Positions 52,391-64,000 of a DNA stretch of 64,000 bases are shown here, piece after piece. The position numbers were made by a program, and so were the translations under genes. The stretch is from assembly GCA_951406725.2 (NCBI GenBank), contig OX597820.1, positions 29,884,001 to 29,948,000 of the forward strand, in the 5' to 3' direction. Within the stretch, counting starts at the first letter, position 1. Each line of letters begins with the position of its first letter. A model generated the notes under the pieces. That model had not been told where the DNA came from, did no database searches, and saw only the letters and a program-made list of their open reading frames with translations. The DNA is from Octopus vulgaris (lineage: Eukaryota).

Positions 52391-53537
52391 CATTTATATA
52401 ACTATATACATATATATAATACGTACATACATACGTACATACGTACGTACATTCATACATACATACATACATACATACATACATACATACATACATACAC
52501 ACATACATATATACATACATACATACATACATACATACATACATACATACATACATACATACATACATACATACATACATACATACATACATGCATCTGT
52601 GTGAGAATTACTTGTCAAGTACATCTTGAATATATCATGACGCAAACTCTGCGGTATGTATGTATTCACACACATACACGAATGCAATAATTTATGCATT
52701 CATGCATGCGTGTATGTATGCACACTCTACTTAATTGGCGTGTGTACTTTCACAGCTGCTATCACTCAGCCTTCACACAAAGGACGAGTGTATATAAACA
52801 TGCTTAATTGCTGTGACAGAGCTGCATTCTCGGTTTATGATTCAATATTTTGTCCTTGCTTATGACACACAAATCCTCCATATTTCGAGGCCATCTTTGA
52901 ACGGAAAAACTCTAGGTGATATCATAGCCGTCATAAGTGACGGGCACTCTGGACCAGTTGCTCAGAGTCCCCGTTTGTCTCGAACTGAGAATGTAAGCTG
53001 TCTATGGTGTGGTTACGAATATAATGATTTTAATAGTTGCTATTTAATCTTTTAGATTTAATTGAAACAGCTGTAAGGGACGATGTTTGATTTTTTCAGA
53101 TAAAAACTTTTTATTAAATGCTATATCTCCATTTTCTTATATTCTTTTCTACACACACACACACACGTAAATGTCGAACGATGAGAATGACTGCATTAAG
53201 GCTACCATAGGTTTCGTGTTAAGAAATTAATATAACAATTTTCAAGCCGATCACGTGGAGAAATTGGCGTTCGTCTCCACTTTTGATTAAAAATCGAAAA
53301 ATCACTGGAATTTAAGATACATTTTCGCGAGAATTTTTGGTTTGTTCTTGTTTTTTTTTTTTGTTTACTAAAAATTCTCGTGAAACTATATCGTGAACTC
53401 CCGTGTTTTTTTTGTGTTTAATCTAAAATAGAGACGCACACCAATTTCTCCATGTGAACGGCTTAAAAAATTGTTGAGGCATTTTCTTAACATGAAACCA
53501 ATGGTAACCTTAATACACACACGCACACACATATATT

Positions 53538-53582
<45 letters not shown>

Positions 53583-53590
53583 GCACGCGC

Positions 53591-53789
<199 letters not shown>

Positions 53790-54248
53790 ACAGCAGTTGT
53801 GAAACAGTGATGAGGGAGAAACACAGAGACAAAGACACGCACATACACATACATATATATACAATTGATTTCTTTCAGTTTCTATCTACGAAATCTACTC
53901 ACAGTGGTTTCGTTGGTCTGAGGCTATAGCAGATGACACATGTCAGGTCACCACACAGTGGAACTAAACTCAGTACCATGTGTTTTATAACCAAGTTTCT
54001 TACCTCACAGTCACACCTGCACCTATGTATATATGTGTGTGTATGGGTGTATATATGTATGCATGTATATATGTGTATATATATATATATATGTGCATAT
54101 TACATGTACATCTACACATATATATGTATACATATACACCTATATATATATACATCTATACATATACATTTGTGCAAATGTATACATATATATATATATT
54201 ATAATAAGATATATATATATATATATATATACATAATATATATATATA

Positions 54249-54295
<47 letters not shown>

Positions 54296-54630
54296 AGATA
54301 TCTATATATATATATATATGTATGCCTGTATATATGTGAGATAATAGTTTCACTTTACTAGTTTCAGTATTAAAGTCAAACTAATAAAGTGAAAACATCT
54401 GACATTACAACAGAGAAATGTTATTGTTTCACTTTTGATACGTAATACTGAAATAGTGGAGAAGATATCATATTGCTCTGGGCTCGCACTAGGCAAGAAG
54501 TTAGAAACCTTTTGGCGTATTAAACTACATGGATCCTAAGTAAGGCATGTGTAAAATTTGAATGAAATTGGTTATGTAGTTCTCAAGTTTTAGGGATTCA
54601 CATGGACATCAGCTACACATTCTCATCTTT

Positions 54631-55145
54631 ATCTATATATATAAAACTGTAGTTGTGTGAGTGTCTGTCCCCTTCGATTTAGATTCCTAACTACTCCACA
54701 TTTTGCGGTTCAGTTTAACCAAATTCGGGTATCTTATAGTCGTGATTCATATCGAGCCCGTCTGAGTATTAGTGCGCGTCTACGATGAGTCTACGATTTT
54801 AAAAATAATTTAACATCATTTTTTATTCCATTTTAATGCATAATTTTTCGTGTGTCGATGGCGGCGGAGTTGGCGTCCATGGTCACACCTGCACCTGTTT
54901 GCTTCTCCCCTTCTTCCCTCCCTCGTGAAGCTGTGGGGAAGGGAGTGTAAGGAAATCAACGTCGTAAAGCGTTGTCAAGGAGACCAGCGTTCTTTTAGAA
55001 CAACGACTTCATGGCTTGAAGTCGCCAAAACAGAAATGGCTAAGAAAGCCCGAATTGGCATCTATAAGGGAAGTAACTCTCTAAAAATGCTTATATAGTT
55101 ATTTCCCTTACAAACCCGAGCAACGCCGGGCGATACTGCTAGTAT
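54631..55145 (-). mobile_element. Helentron/DINE-1-like non-autonomous element
   Basis: 5' ACTAGCAGTATCGCCCGGCGTTGCTCGGG hairpin and 3' ...AGTTTTATATATATAGAT; the same termini as 59783-60184. Confidence 0.65.
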
Positions 55146-55203
55146 ATATATAAAAGATTTACGGATGCGCATGAGCATGCATGTATACATATATATATAT
55201 ATA

Positions 55204-55246
<43 letters not shown>

Positions 55247-56123
55247 ATATGCGCGTGTATATATATGTATATATATGTGTGTTCGTGTGTGTGTGTGTGT
55301 GTGTGTATGTCAGCATATGCACACATGTATATGTACGTATGTCATTATACCTTTTTCCTCCTCTCTGATTCCTACCTATCACACTAACCTATACAATCAC
55401 ACCCGTATTTTTATAGAAATTTGAAATCCTTGTATTCTTGTCGCCACTTCAAAATTTGCTAATAAAATTACGACTCACTTTGATAACACCACACCCATAC
55501 CTTTTCCTATCCATCACTTAATGCAGCTCTATTATATCACCCCTATTTACACGTCTCACACTTATTCACTCTTTACCTTCTCATCTTTTCCTAGTCCTCC
55601 ACCACTCCTCTCCCATCTTCCCACCACATTATCCTGACCACCAACTACAACTCCTTTTCTCACTTCTTTCACCCTTTCTTCACTTTTTCACTCTTTTCAC
55701 TTTTTCTCTCTTTTCTCTATTTCTTCCGCTCATTTTCTCTTCCTGTTTCCCTTTTACCTATCTCCTCATTCTAAATATACACATCTCCACCTCCACACAT
55801 CTATCAACAAATAATACTAATACAATCTCAACTTTTCATTCACACCACAGGACACTTTCGAATAAGCAACACAGAATCCACAGCACTATACTTTGAAATG
55901 ACTAAGCATTAACTACTATTGGAACTTACATACTATATACAGGAAATTTTTTTACCACTTCTACTTCCCACTTACTCAAATAATGGAACAGCAACTACAA
56001 TATCTATATACATTTTTATATTTCTACTTTCATTCTCATATTTCCTTCTATATTCCCAATCTCCTTTTCCATAATAATTCCTTATTTCGAACTCAAATAT
56101 CTACCTCTGTTTAAACATCGCAC

Positions 56124-56177
56124 ATTGTATTTGATGAAGGGATATCCATATTATCCCAGAAACAGCTGTAAGACAAT
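56124..56177 (+). ncRNA. Type I hammerhead motif (C3U) in a pyrimidine-rich Penelope-UTR-like tract (~55345-56250)
   Basis: ATTGTAT-TTGATGA-A-GGGATA(TCCATAT)TATCCC-A-GAAA-CAGCTG-TA-AGACAAT; palindrome ACAGCTGT. Confidence 0.65.
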
Positions 56178-56249
56178 ATCTATATCTTTTTCCTTATACA
56201 TGTCCTGAAAACTCCTCACAGCCTTGGCTTTGTTATCTTATTTTCTCTA

Positions 56250-56280
<31 letters not shown>

Positions 56281-56328
56281 TATATATTATTTGTATATAT
56301 ATATGTGTGTGTATGTGTATGCATATAC

Positions 56329-56379
<51 letters not shown>

Positions 56380-56470
56380 CACACATATATATATATATAT
56401 GCATATATATGTATGTATATAGATGTATAAGTATAGATGTATTTGTATATATGTAAGTATATACATGTAT

Positions 56471-56547
<77 letters not shown>

Positions 56548-56733
56548 TATGCATATATCTGTACATATATATGTATGCATGTATATATATTGATTTATAT
56601 ATATATATATATATATATTGGCCTACTCGCTTAGCCAGCGGGGTGGCGTCATTCAAAGGCTAAAACAATGCGAACACATTGTGACCAGCGATGTGTAACA
56701 ACATCTGATAGTCTGGTTGGTCATGTGATGTGC

Positions 56734-56768
<35 letters not shown>

Positions 56769-57156
56769 GATTATATGCATGTATGTGTATGTATGTATGT
56801 ATGTATGTATGTATGTATGTATGTATGTATGTATGTATGTATGTATGTATGTATGTATGTGTGTATGTATGTATACAGTGTTAGTTGTGATGTACAAAAC
56901 ATGAATATTGAGAAAAAAGTCGTCAGAATTTTGGAAAAAATTCTTTTATTTCTTCATTATTATTAGCGCTTTCGTTCCTTTCTTGAACTTGTCAAATAAA
57001 ATTATGTGAATGTACAAACAGCTTGTTCGTTTATTTAAAACATGTTTTTTTTTTTTTTGTTGGGGTTGTTTAGAAGAGAATATTGTTATTGTTTTGGGGG
57101 TGAGGTTCCATGACAATGGAGATTGATCGATAGAAATATAGGTAGGTAGATAGGCT

Positions 57157-57230
<74 letters not shown>

Positions 57231-57245
57231 TAGATAGACAGATAT

Positions 57246-57336
<91 letters not shown>

Positions 57337-57439
57337 TAGTAGAGAAATTTGTCCGCATGGACATAACATATATATATTTTGTTGGCACTTCTTATTATTA
57401 TTATATATATATTATGTGTGGGTGTGTGTCAATGTATAT

Positions 57440-57910
57440 ATGTGAGATAATAGTTTCAGTATTAATAATGTAAGTTTTTAAAGAGAAAGTACTATCTCAC
57501 ATTACAAGAGAGATGTTATTGTTTCAGTTTTGACTCGTAATACTGAAATAGTGTAAGAGATAAGTGATAGCTCCGGGTCTCTTTAGGCAAGAAACTCATG
57601 CCTTAGCATGAAACCTAAGTAAGGCATGTGTAAAATTTGAATGAAATCGGTTGGATAGTTCTCGAGTTTTAGTGATTCACACATACAGACACACAAACAG
57701 ACAGACATGCCAGACGAAATGCTTAGCAGTATTTCGTCTGCCGCTACGTTCTGAATTCAGATTCCACCGAAGTTGACTTTGCCTTTCATACTTTCGGGGT
57801 CGATTAAGTAAGTACCAGTTACGCACTGGGGTCGAAATAATCAACTTAATCCGTTTGTCTGTCCTTGTTTGTCCCCTCTATGTTTAGCCCCTTGTGAGCA
57901 ATAAAGAAAT
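57440..57910 (+). mobile_element. DINE-like 3' fragment (related to 54335-54630) followed by SINE-B
   Basis: Shares AAGTAAGGCATGTGTAAAATTTGAATGAAAT; SINE-B body at 57705-57910. Confidence 0.6.
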
Positions 57911-57939
57911 ATATATATGTATATATATGTGGTGGGGTG

Positions 57940-58033
<94 letters not shown>

Positions 58034-58963
58034 AGGATAATGTTATGCCTATTAAGACAAGATAATTGTGCTTCAATGTGTTGTTAACCTGAATTGTTTA
58101 GAGGGCATATGTTACAGGATCTCAGCTTTGGATGAACTATAAACTTGTTATTGAAGTCATTTGAGCAACAAAGGCACTATATTTTCCACATTGTTCAAAC
58201 GATATAGTCCTCATGGCTGTGCTGGTAAGAACATAGTTTTAAAGTACTACTACGGACCCAGTAAATATTTATTTTACCGGCGACCACCATGTTGCAATAT
58301 AACCTGTATATTTTTCCTTGAAATAGTTCTTGAAATGAAGTGTTTTAGGTAATGAACAATGGAATCATACATTCCTGACTTCGTCTCTAAACCTTGAGTT
58401 TACAAAGGAAGATATCAAAAAAGGAAAGCATAGCCACAACCGGATATTAAAATGGGTGTTTGACCCAGAATAGGCCAGAACTAGATTATGCTATGCAAGC
58501 TAATTACAATTTAATTGCCTGCCAATTACATAATCTAATCAGCAGTACGTCATGGAGTGTGTTCTGTATCGATAATTAAGCAATTAGCCAATTAATAAAT
58601 TGGTCTATTATATTGGTTATTCTGTCAGTCCCAGACGGAAATGGCTCACTATTTATATCCAAGAATCATTTATAAAGCAACATACACTGTTGCTATTGTA
58701 TACGAAAGGACAAACCAAGCTGCATCATATGTGGGTATGTGTATATGTGTTTGTGTGTATTTATTTATATATATGTATGTATATATATACACACATATAT
58801 ACATATATATATAAATAAACATAAAGAATAAAATCATTAAAATTATTAAACTTTATCAGTGGCCTGCATGTAAAAAAACCCTTTTAGGTAAAATACATAT
58901 ATAGAAATATACAATTGTTTAACTGTACCATACACACACACATATATATGTATGTACATATAT

Positions 58964-59036
<73 letters not shown>

Positions 59037-59782
59037 GGCGTACTTATCATAAACATATCTTCCATTTGCTAACATTTTTTTTCATATAAGTATGAACATT
59101 TTCTGGTCATAAAATTGCAAATGTCTTTCTTTTTGGAAACACCTCTAGTCATTGATCAAAGGTGGCTTGAGAAGAATGCGCTTCGCTGACGAGATATAAT
59201 ATCACCGAAACACATCTCTGCCTGCTAACTAAAATCAGATCAAACATCCACCCCAGCGACAAAAATTCAATTTTCTGTGAAATTAAATAATAATTTCATT
59301 AAATTATCTCCTCTCTTCTTTATGAGTTGCCAACAATTACCATTCGTTTTCTTCTCTCTTTCTCCTTCTCTCTCCCCTTCCTCTCACTCTTTCTCTTTCT
59401 CTCTCCCCTCCCTGTCTCTCTCTCTCTCTTTCTCCTTCTCTCTCTGTCTCTCTCTCCGTCTAATTCATTAAAAATTTTCTACGTACGTCATTCGGTACAT
59501 CATCTCCTACCCGATTTATCAAAATCCATGCCATTAGATCACTTTAGTTATTTGTTTTAGATAAGGTTTTGTAATTACACAAAACATACCGGCCTCAGAT
59601 CTTTACACTTTTTTCTTCTTGCAAAATTCTGAAAGAAGTCTTGTTATGATATAACTATGTGCTGCACGAAATTCTTTTGTCTCTTAGATTATCTCCGCCC
59701 CTCCCCCCTTTTTTTTTTTTTGAAAGCCCTTAACATTTCCCCAACTATTTCTCTTTCATCAAATTGGCAAATATCAGTTCAC

Positions 59783-60184
59783 CTGCAGTATAGCCCCGCG
59801 TTGCTCGGGCTTGTTTTCTTTTCGACCCTTTAGAATTGGAATTTTTGAAAAGTAAACATTTTGCATTATGTAGCTTGTTATTCTCTTTAAGTGAACATTT
59901 TTCTGGTTGAAATACACCGAAAAATGCCGACACAGCAGTCAAAAAATCGTAAAAAATAGGGATTTTCATAGAAAAAAAAGGCACCTTTTTGATGTAAATA
60001 ATTTTTTATGTTAACATGGTCTGATTTGAATTTTTTCTCCTACGGAAGGGAGAGCAAGCCTTCTTCTATCATACTCTCAATTTTGGTCAACTTGCGCCGC
60101 ACGGTCTCGGAGGAGATAGTGTTAGTTTAAGGCTACTAAACCTGCCATACACAGACAACTTTATAGCTTTATATATATATAGAT
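59783..60184 (+). mobile_element. Helentron/DINE-1-like non-autonomous element
   Basis: GCAGTATAGCCCCGCGTTGCTCGGG start; ACAGACAACTTT...TTTATATATATATAGAT end. Confidence 0.6.
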
Positions 60185-60489
60185 TTAGAATGTTTTCAAT
60201 GTAGCAGCGCGTATCTGTAAATAAGTGTTGACACATTTAATGCGGGAAGCATTAAAAAAGTAATAAGGGAGAAAAAACACATTTAGTCAGTGACTAATAC
60301 AATTTCATTGAATATATATTTTTTCCTTGTAGAAATTACGAGAAACAACAGTAAAACGAGTTTCGATTTTAATGTAACATCATCAGTGAAGCATAGATGT
60401 CATTGCTCTTTCCGATGTAGTTATACAGATGTCAATAAGTAAGCGTAAAAGATTTTTAAGTAGCTGGCGCAAGAAAATAATAACCGCTT

Positions 60490-60922
60490 AGAGGCAGGAT
60501 GCGTAGCTCAGAAACAAGAGAGTCTCTCTTGGTCGAGTCGCTACTTCTCGCCACTGAGAGGCACAGTTCCAGTGTTACGAAATGTGGTTAAAATGTCGTA
60601 GGAAAGAATCACAAGGCGGATTCTTGAAGCCAAGCCAACTTCTTTAAGCCGAAACCTAGGGGTAGACCAAGAATAAGCTGGTTGGATGATATTCATTGTC
60701 TCAGATGGTCACCCTTGGGAATCCAGCTGGAAAGTATAATGACGTTATAAACCCTAAGGAGGACGGAAGTGTCTGAGGATTCTACCACACGCGTCTCACC
60801 CAGGAAGTGTTGGGCGGAGAAGATGGATGGATGGAGGAATGAATGGATTGATGGACGGATGGATGGATCGTTGGATGGTTGGTTGGATGGTTGGATGGAT
60901 GGATGGATGGATGGATGGATGA
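60490..60922 (+). mobile_element. Degraded RTE LINE 3' end with a (GGAT)n tail
   Basis: KPRGRPRISWLDDI motif followed by GGAT repeats. Confidence 0.6.
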
Positions 60923-61402
60923 TTGTTGCTGCTGCTGTTGGTGGTATTGATGGTTATTGAAACCCAGATTAGCCTTGATTGAACAGTTGTAATAAAAAGC
61001 AATCCAACCATGACCACTCCTTTTCATATATTCTTTTAGACTGTGAGCTGACTACATTATCCAATGTATTTTTACTTTTAAAATAGAAGTGTCTGGAGAT
61101 TTGGTTATGAATTTTAGCATGTCAAACAACTACCCAGAGGTTTTCTCGTTTACTCAGAAGAATCTATACAGAAATATGTCCATAAAAAGTTTCACACTTT
61201 TTATGGACTGGTGGTTGTGTAATAAGAAGCTTGCTTCCCAACCACATGTTTGCGGGTTCAGTTCCACTGTGTGGAACCTTCAGTAAGTGTCCTCTACTAT
61301 AGCCGCGGGCTGACCAAAGCCTTGTAAGTGGATTTGGTAGACAGAAACTGAAAGAAGCCCGTCGTACATGTATAATATATATATATATATATATATATAT
61401 TA

Positions 61403-62015
61403 AATATAAATGAATATTTTCAAAGAGGAAGAATTTACGGATTTTTTCTCTTACGAGGTTTTTCACGCTGACTACTGATAATTTCTTTTAAAGATTTTAT
61501 CCTCAATTGTTAATTTATATTTTTCACCGGAATAGTTCAATACTGAAATTTTATTCCGACTAGACAATTTGTTACCGAAGTGCATTGCGAATAAGCCCGC
61601 CATTTTCATAGATATGTAAAGATAAACATTCATACATGCTACGACGAATTCTACGGTTGGCTATCGAGCTTGTAATGTTATGTTTTTCTCTTATATTTCT
61701 TGAGTTTGTTGCACTGATAAACATGAAATGCATATTCTGCATTAAATGCGAAATCACATGTGATATGTAACTGAATTCTTTTTTAAAATGATGTGTTTTG
61801 AAGTTTTGCATTCGGTAAAATTTTGTTTATTTTTAGTAGTTTTGACCGCATTGGTCCCTCTTAGCGTGTTGGTATCTACGAATAGTAGTACCCTCAATAT
61901 AATATAAATGAATATTTTCAAAGAGGAAGAATTTACGGATTTTTTCTCTTACGAGGTTTTTCACGCTGACTACTGATAATTTCTTTTAAAGATTTTATCC
62001 TCAATTGTTAATTTA
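61403..62015. repeat. 613-bp segment with identical 115-bp direct terminal repeats, between (TA)n tracts
   Basis: 61403-61517 = 61901-62015. Confidence 0.85.
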
Positions 62016-62086
62016 AATAATATATATATATATATATATAACTTTGTGTGTGCGTGTATATGTGTGTTCGACTCCATTCTTTCATT

Positions 62087-62161
<75 letters not shown>

Positions 62162-62682
62162 ATGCATGTATGTATGTATGTATGTATGTATGGATGGATG
62201 GATGGATGGATGGATGGATGGGTGGATGGATGTATGTATGTATGTATGAATCATATGTCGTTGTCAGTTGGAGTTCATTATGCTTACCAGAGTTCGAGAA
62301 AATGAATAAATACCGGGTGGATTTCATCTAAAACCCCAAGGCAGTGCCCCAGTATGGTCGCAATCCATTGACTGAAACAATTAAAAGATAAAAGATAACT
62401 GGGTTTTCCTATTCGTCCCATTTCTATAGCCCCTCCCCCACCTCTCCCACTTCTTCGGGTGTATGGTGTAACGAGTAAACTATTTGCAGTGGTTGTAATA
62501 TTGAGTTACAAAAATTTAAGACAAATTTTTTTATGTAACTAAAACGACAACAACCATTTGTAGTTGATGAAATTTTCCTGGTTCTAAAGAGGAAACCAAC
62601 CCTTTAAACAAAGGGTGTTGGTTATGCAAAGAATGTCTAGTTAGTAACGGACAACAAAAACAACATCGACAATAATAATAAT

Positions 62683-63127
62683 CCTTTCTACTAAAGGCAC
62701 AAGTCCTGAAATTTCGGAGGAGGGGACTAGTCGATTACATCGACCCAGTGCTCGACTGGTACTTATTTTATCGACTCCGAAAGGATGAAATGCAAAGTTG
62801 ACCTCGGCGGAATTTGAACTCAAAACCTAAAGGCAGGTGAAATGCTTCGCCCGGTATGCTAAGGATTCTGCCAGCACGCCACCTTATGTTTTTCTTTTTT
62901 CTTTACTACCCACAGGGGGCTAAACACAGAGGAGACAAACAAGGACAGACAAAGTGATTAAGTCGATTACATCGACCCCAGTGCGTAACTGGTACTTAAT
63001 TTATCGACCCCGAAAGGATGAAAGGCAAAGTCGACCTCGGCGGAATTTGAACTCGGAACGTAACGACAGACGAAATACCGGTAAGCATTTCGCCCGGCGC
63101 GCTAACGTTTCTGCCACCATGCCACCT
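62683..63127 (-). mobile_element. Two adjacent SINE family B copies
   Basis: Family B body and heads. Confidence 0.8.
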
Positions 63128-63189
63128 TAACATCATTACTAATAATAGATTCAAATTTTGGCACAGAACCAACGATTTTGTGAAAGAAT

Positions 63190-63745
63190 ACAAGACATGA
63201 CAGCCTAGGGAGAGTATTCCACTAGGATTTGACCATAGTGATAAATGGTATGTACATGAATCTAGTAAAGAAAGTAAGAAATATAAGATGTTGTGGGACT
63301 TAAACATTCAGACGGACAGAATAATAGAAGCTAGAAGGCCTGATTTAGTGGTAGTAGATAAAGAGAATAGAAAGTGCCAGTGACTTAACAGTCCCAAATG
63401 ATGAGAAAGTCAATATGGGAAGGAAGAGAACACAGCTATGTACCAGGACCTAGCCATTGAGTTACAGAGACTATGAAATGCGGGTAAAATGTATCCCTGT
63501 AGTTATAGGTGCATTAGGGACAATCCCCAAAGATTTGAACAAATGGAGAGAGAAAAGCGGCATAAAATGCAGTTTAGTACAACTCCAGGAAACAATGCTT
63601 TTAGGCACAGCTAGGATACTTAGAAGGGTGCTTGCCAGCTAAAATTACTTGTCGTAGCCCGGTGTTGGGATTTTATTCTTTCCCAACAGTCTAATCTGTT
63701 GAGTGTATATGAAATAATAAATAAATAAATAAATAAATAAATAAA
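63190..63745 (+). mobile_element. R4/Dong-type LINE 3' fragment, degraded
   Basis: KWYVHE, LWDFNIQTDRIIEARRPDLVVVD, IPVVIGALG and LLGTARILRRVL motifs; TAA/TAAA tail. Confidence 0.8.
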
Positions 63746-64000
63746 GTAGAGAGTAAAGAGTATTAACCTCGAAATACTCTGACAGCTGACAGGATGGACA
63801 AGTATCAAATTCTGTCATCGCACGAAACTAGTTAGCATTTGTGTGTGCATGCTTGTGTTTGTGTATATTCGTCTGTGTTCGTGAATGTGATACATGTTAG
63901 CATGTATTAAGAGGTTAAAGACTTGCGTGTGTTGACAATATGATGTATTAAACTTAGTATTATTGTTTATGGGCAAATATCAAAGTGTTGAATTGTGGTA

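Noticed and set aside
59186-59222. CTGACGA...GAAACACATC hammerhead-like string
   Set aside because: No stem I pairing, and stem II is out of register.

Overview
AT-rich, microsatellite-saturated eukaryotic DNA. The SINE and LINE repertoire looks like an Octopus (cephalopod) intron or intergenic region; this is inferred from repeat families, not from a search. No host protein-coding gene can be supported, apart from one candidate minus-strand exon at 37295-37496. Most ORFs in the track are microsatellite artefacts. The window holds two abundant tRNA-derived SINE families, one forming TSD-flanked tandem multimers. It also holds R4/Dong-, RTE-, CR1/L2- and Tx1-type LINE fragments, three mariner relics, Helentron/DINE-like elements, a tRNA-Glu fragment, and a 5'-truncated Penelope-like element with an open RT + GIY-YIG frame. 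The most notable signal is nine hand-folded type I hammerhead ribozyme motifs, three with an intact core and the rest variant or decayed. They have palindromic stem III and lie in short elements inserted in microsatellites. One forms the tail of a tRNA-headed SINE-like element (43706-44569), a candidate Pol III 'ribozyme SINE' that may be mobilised by Penelope.
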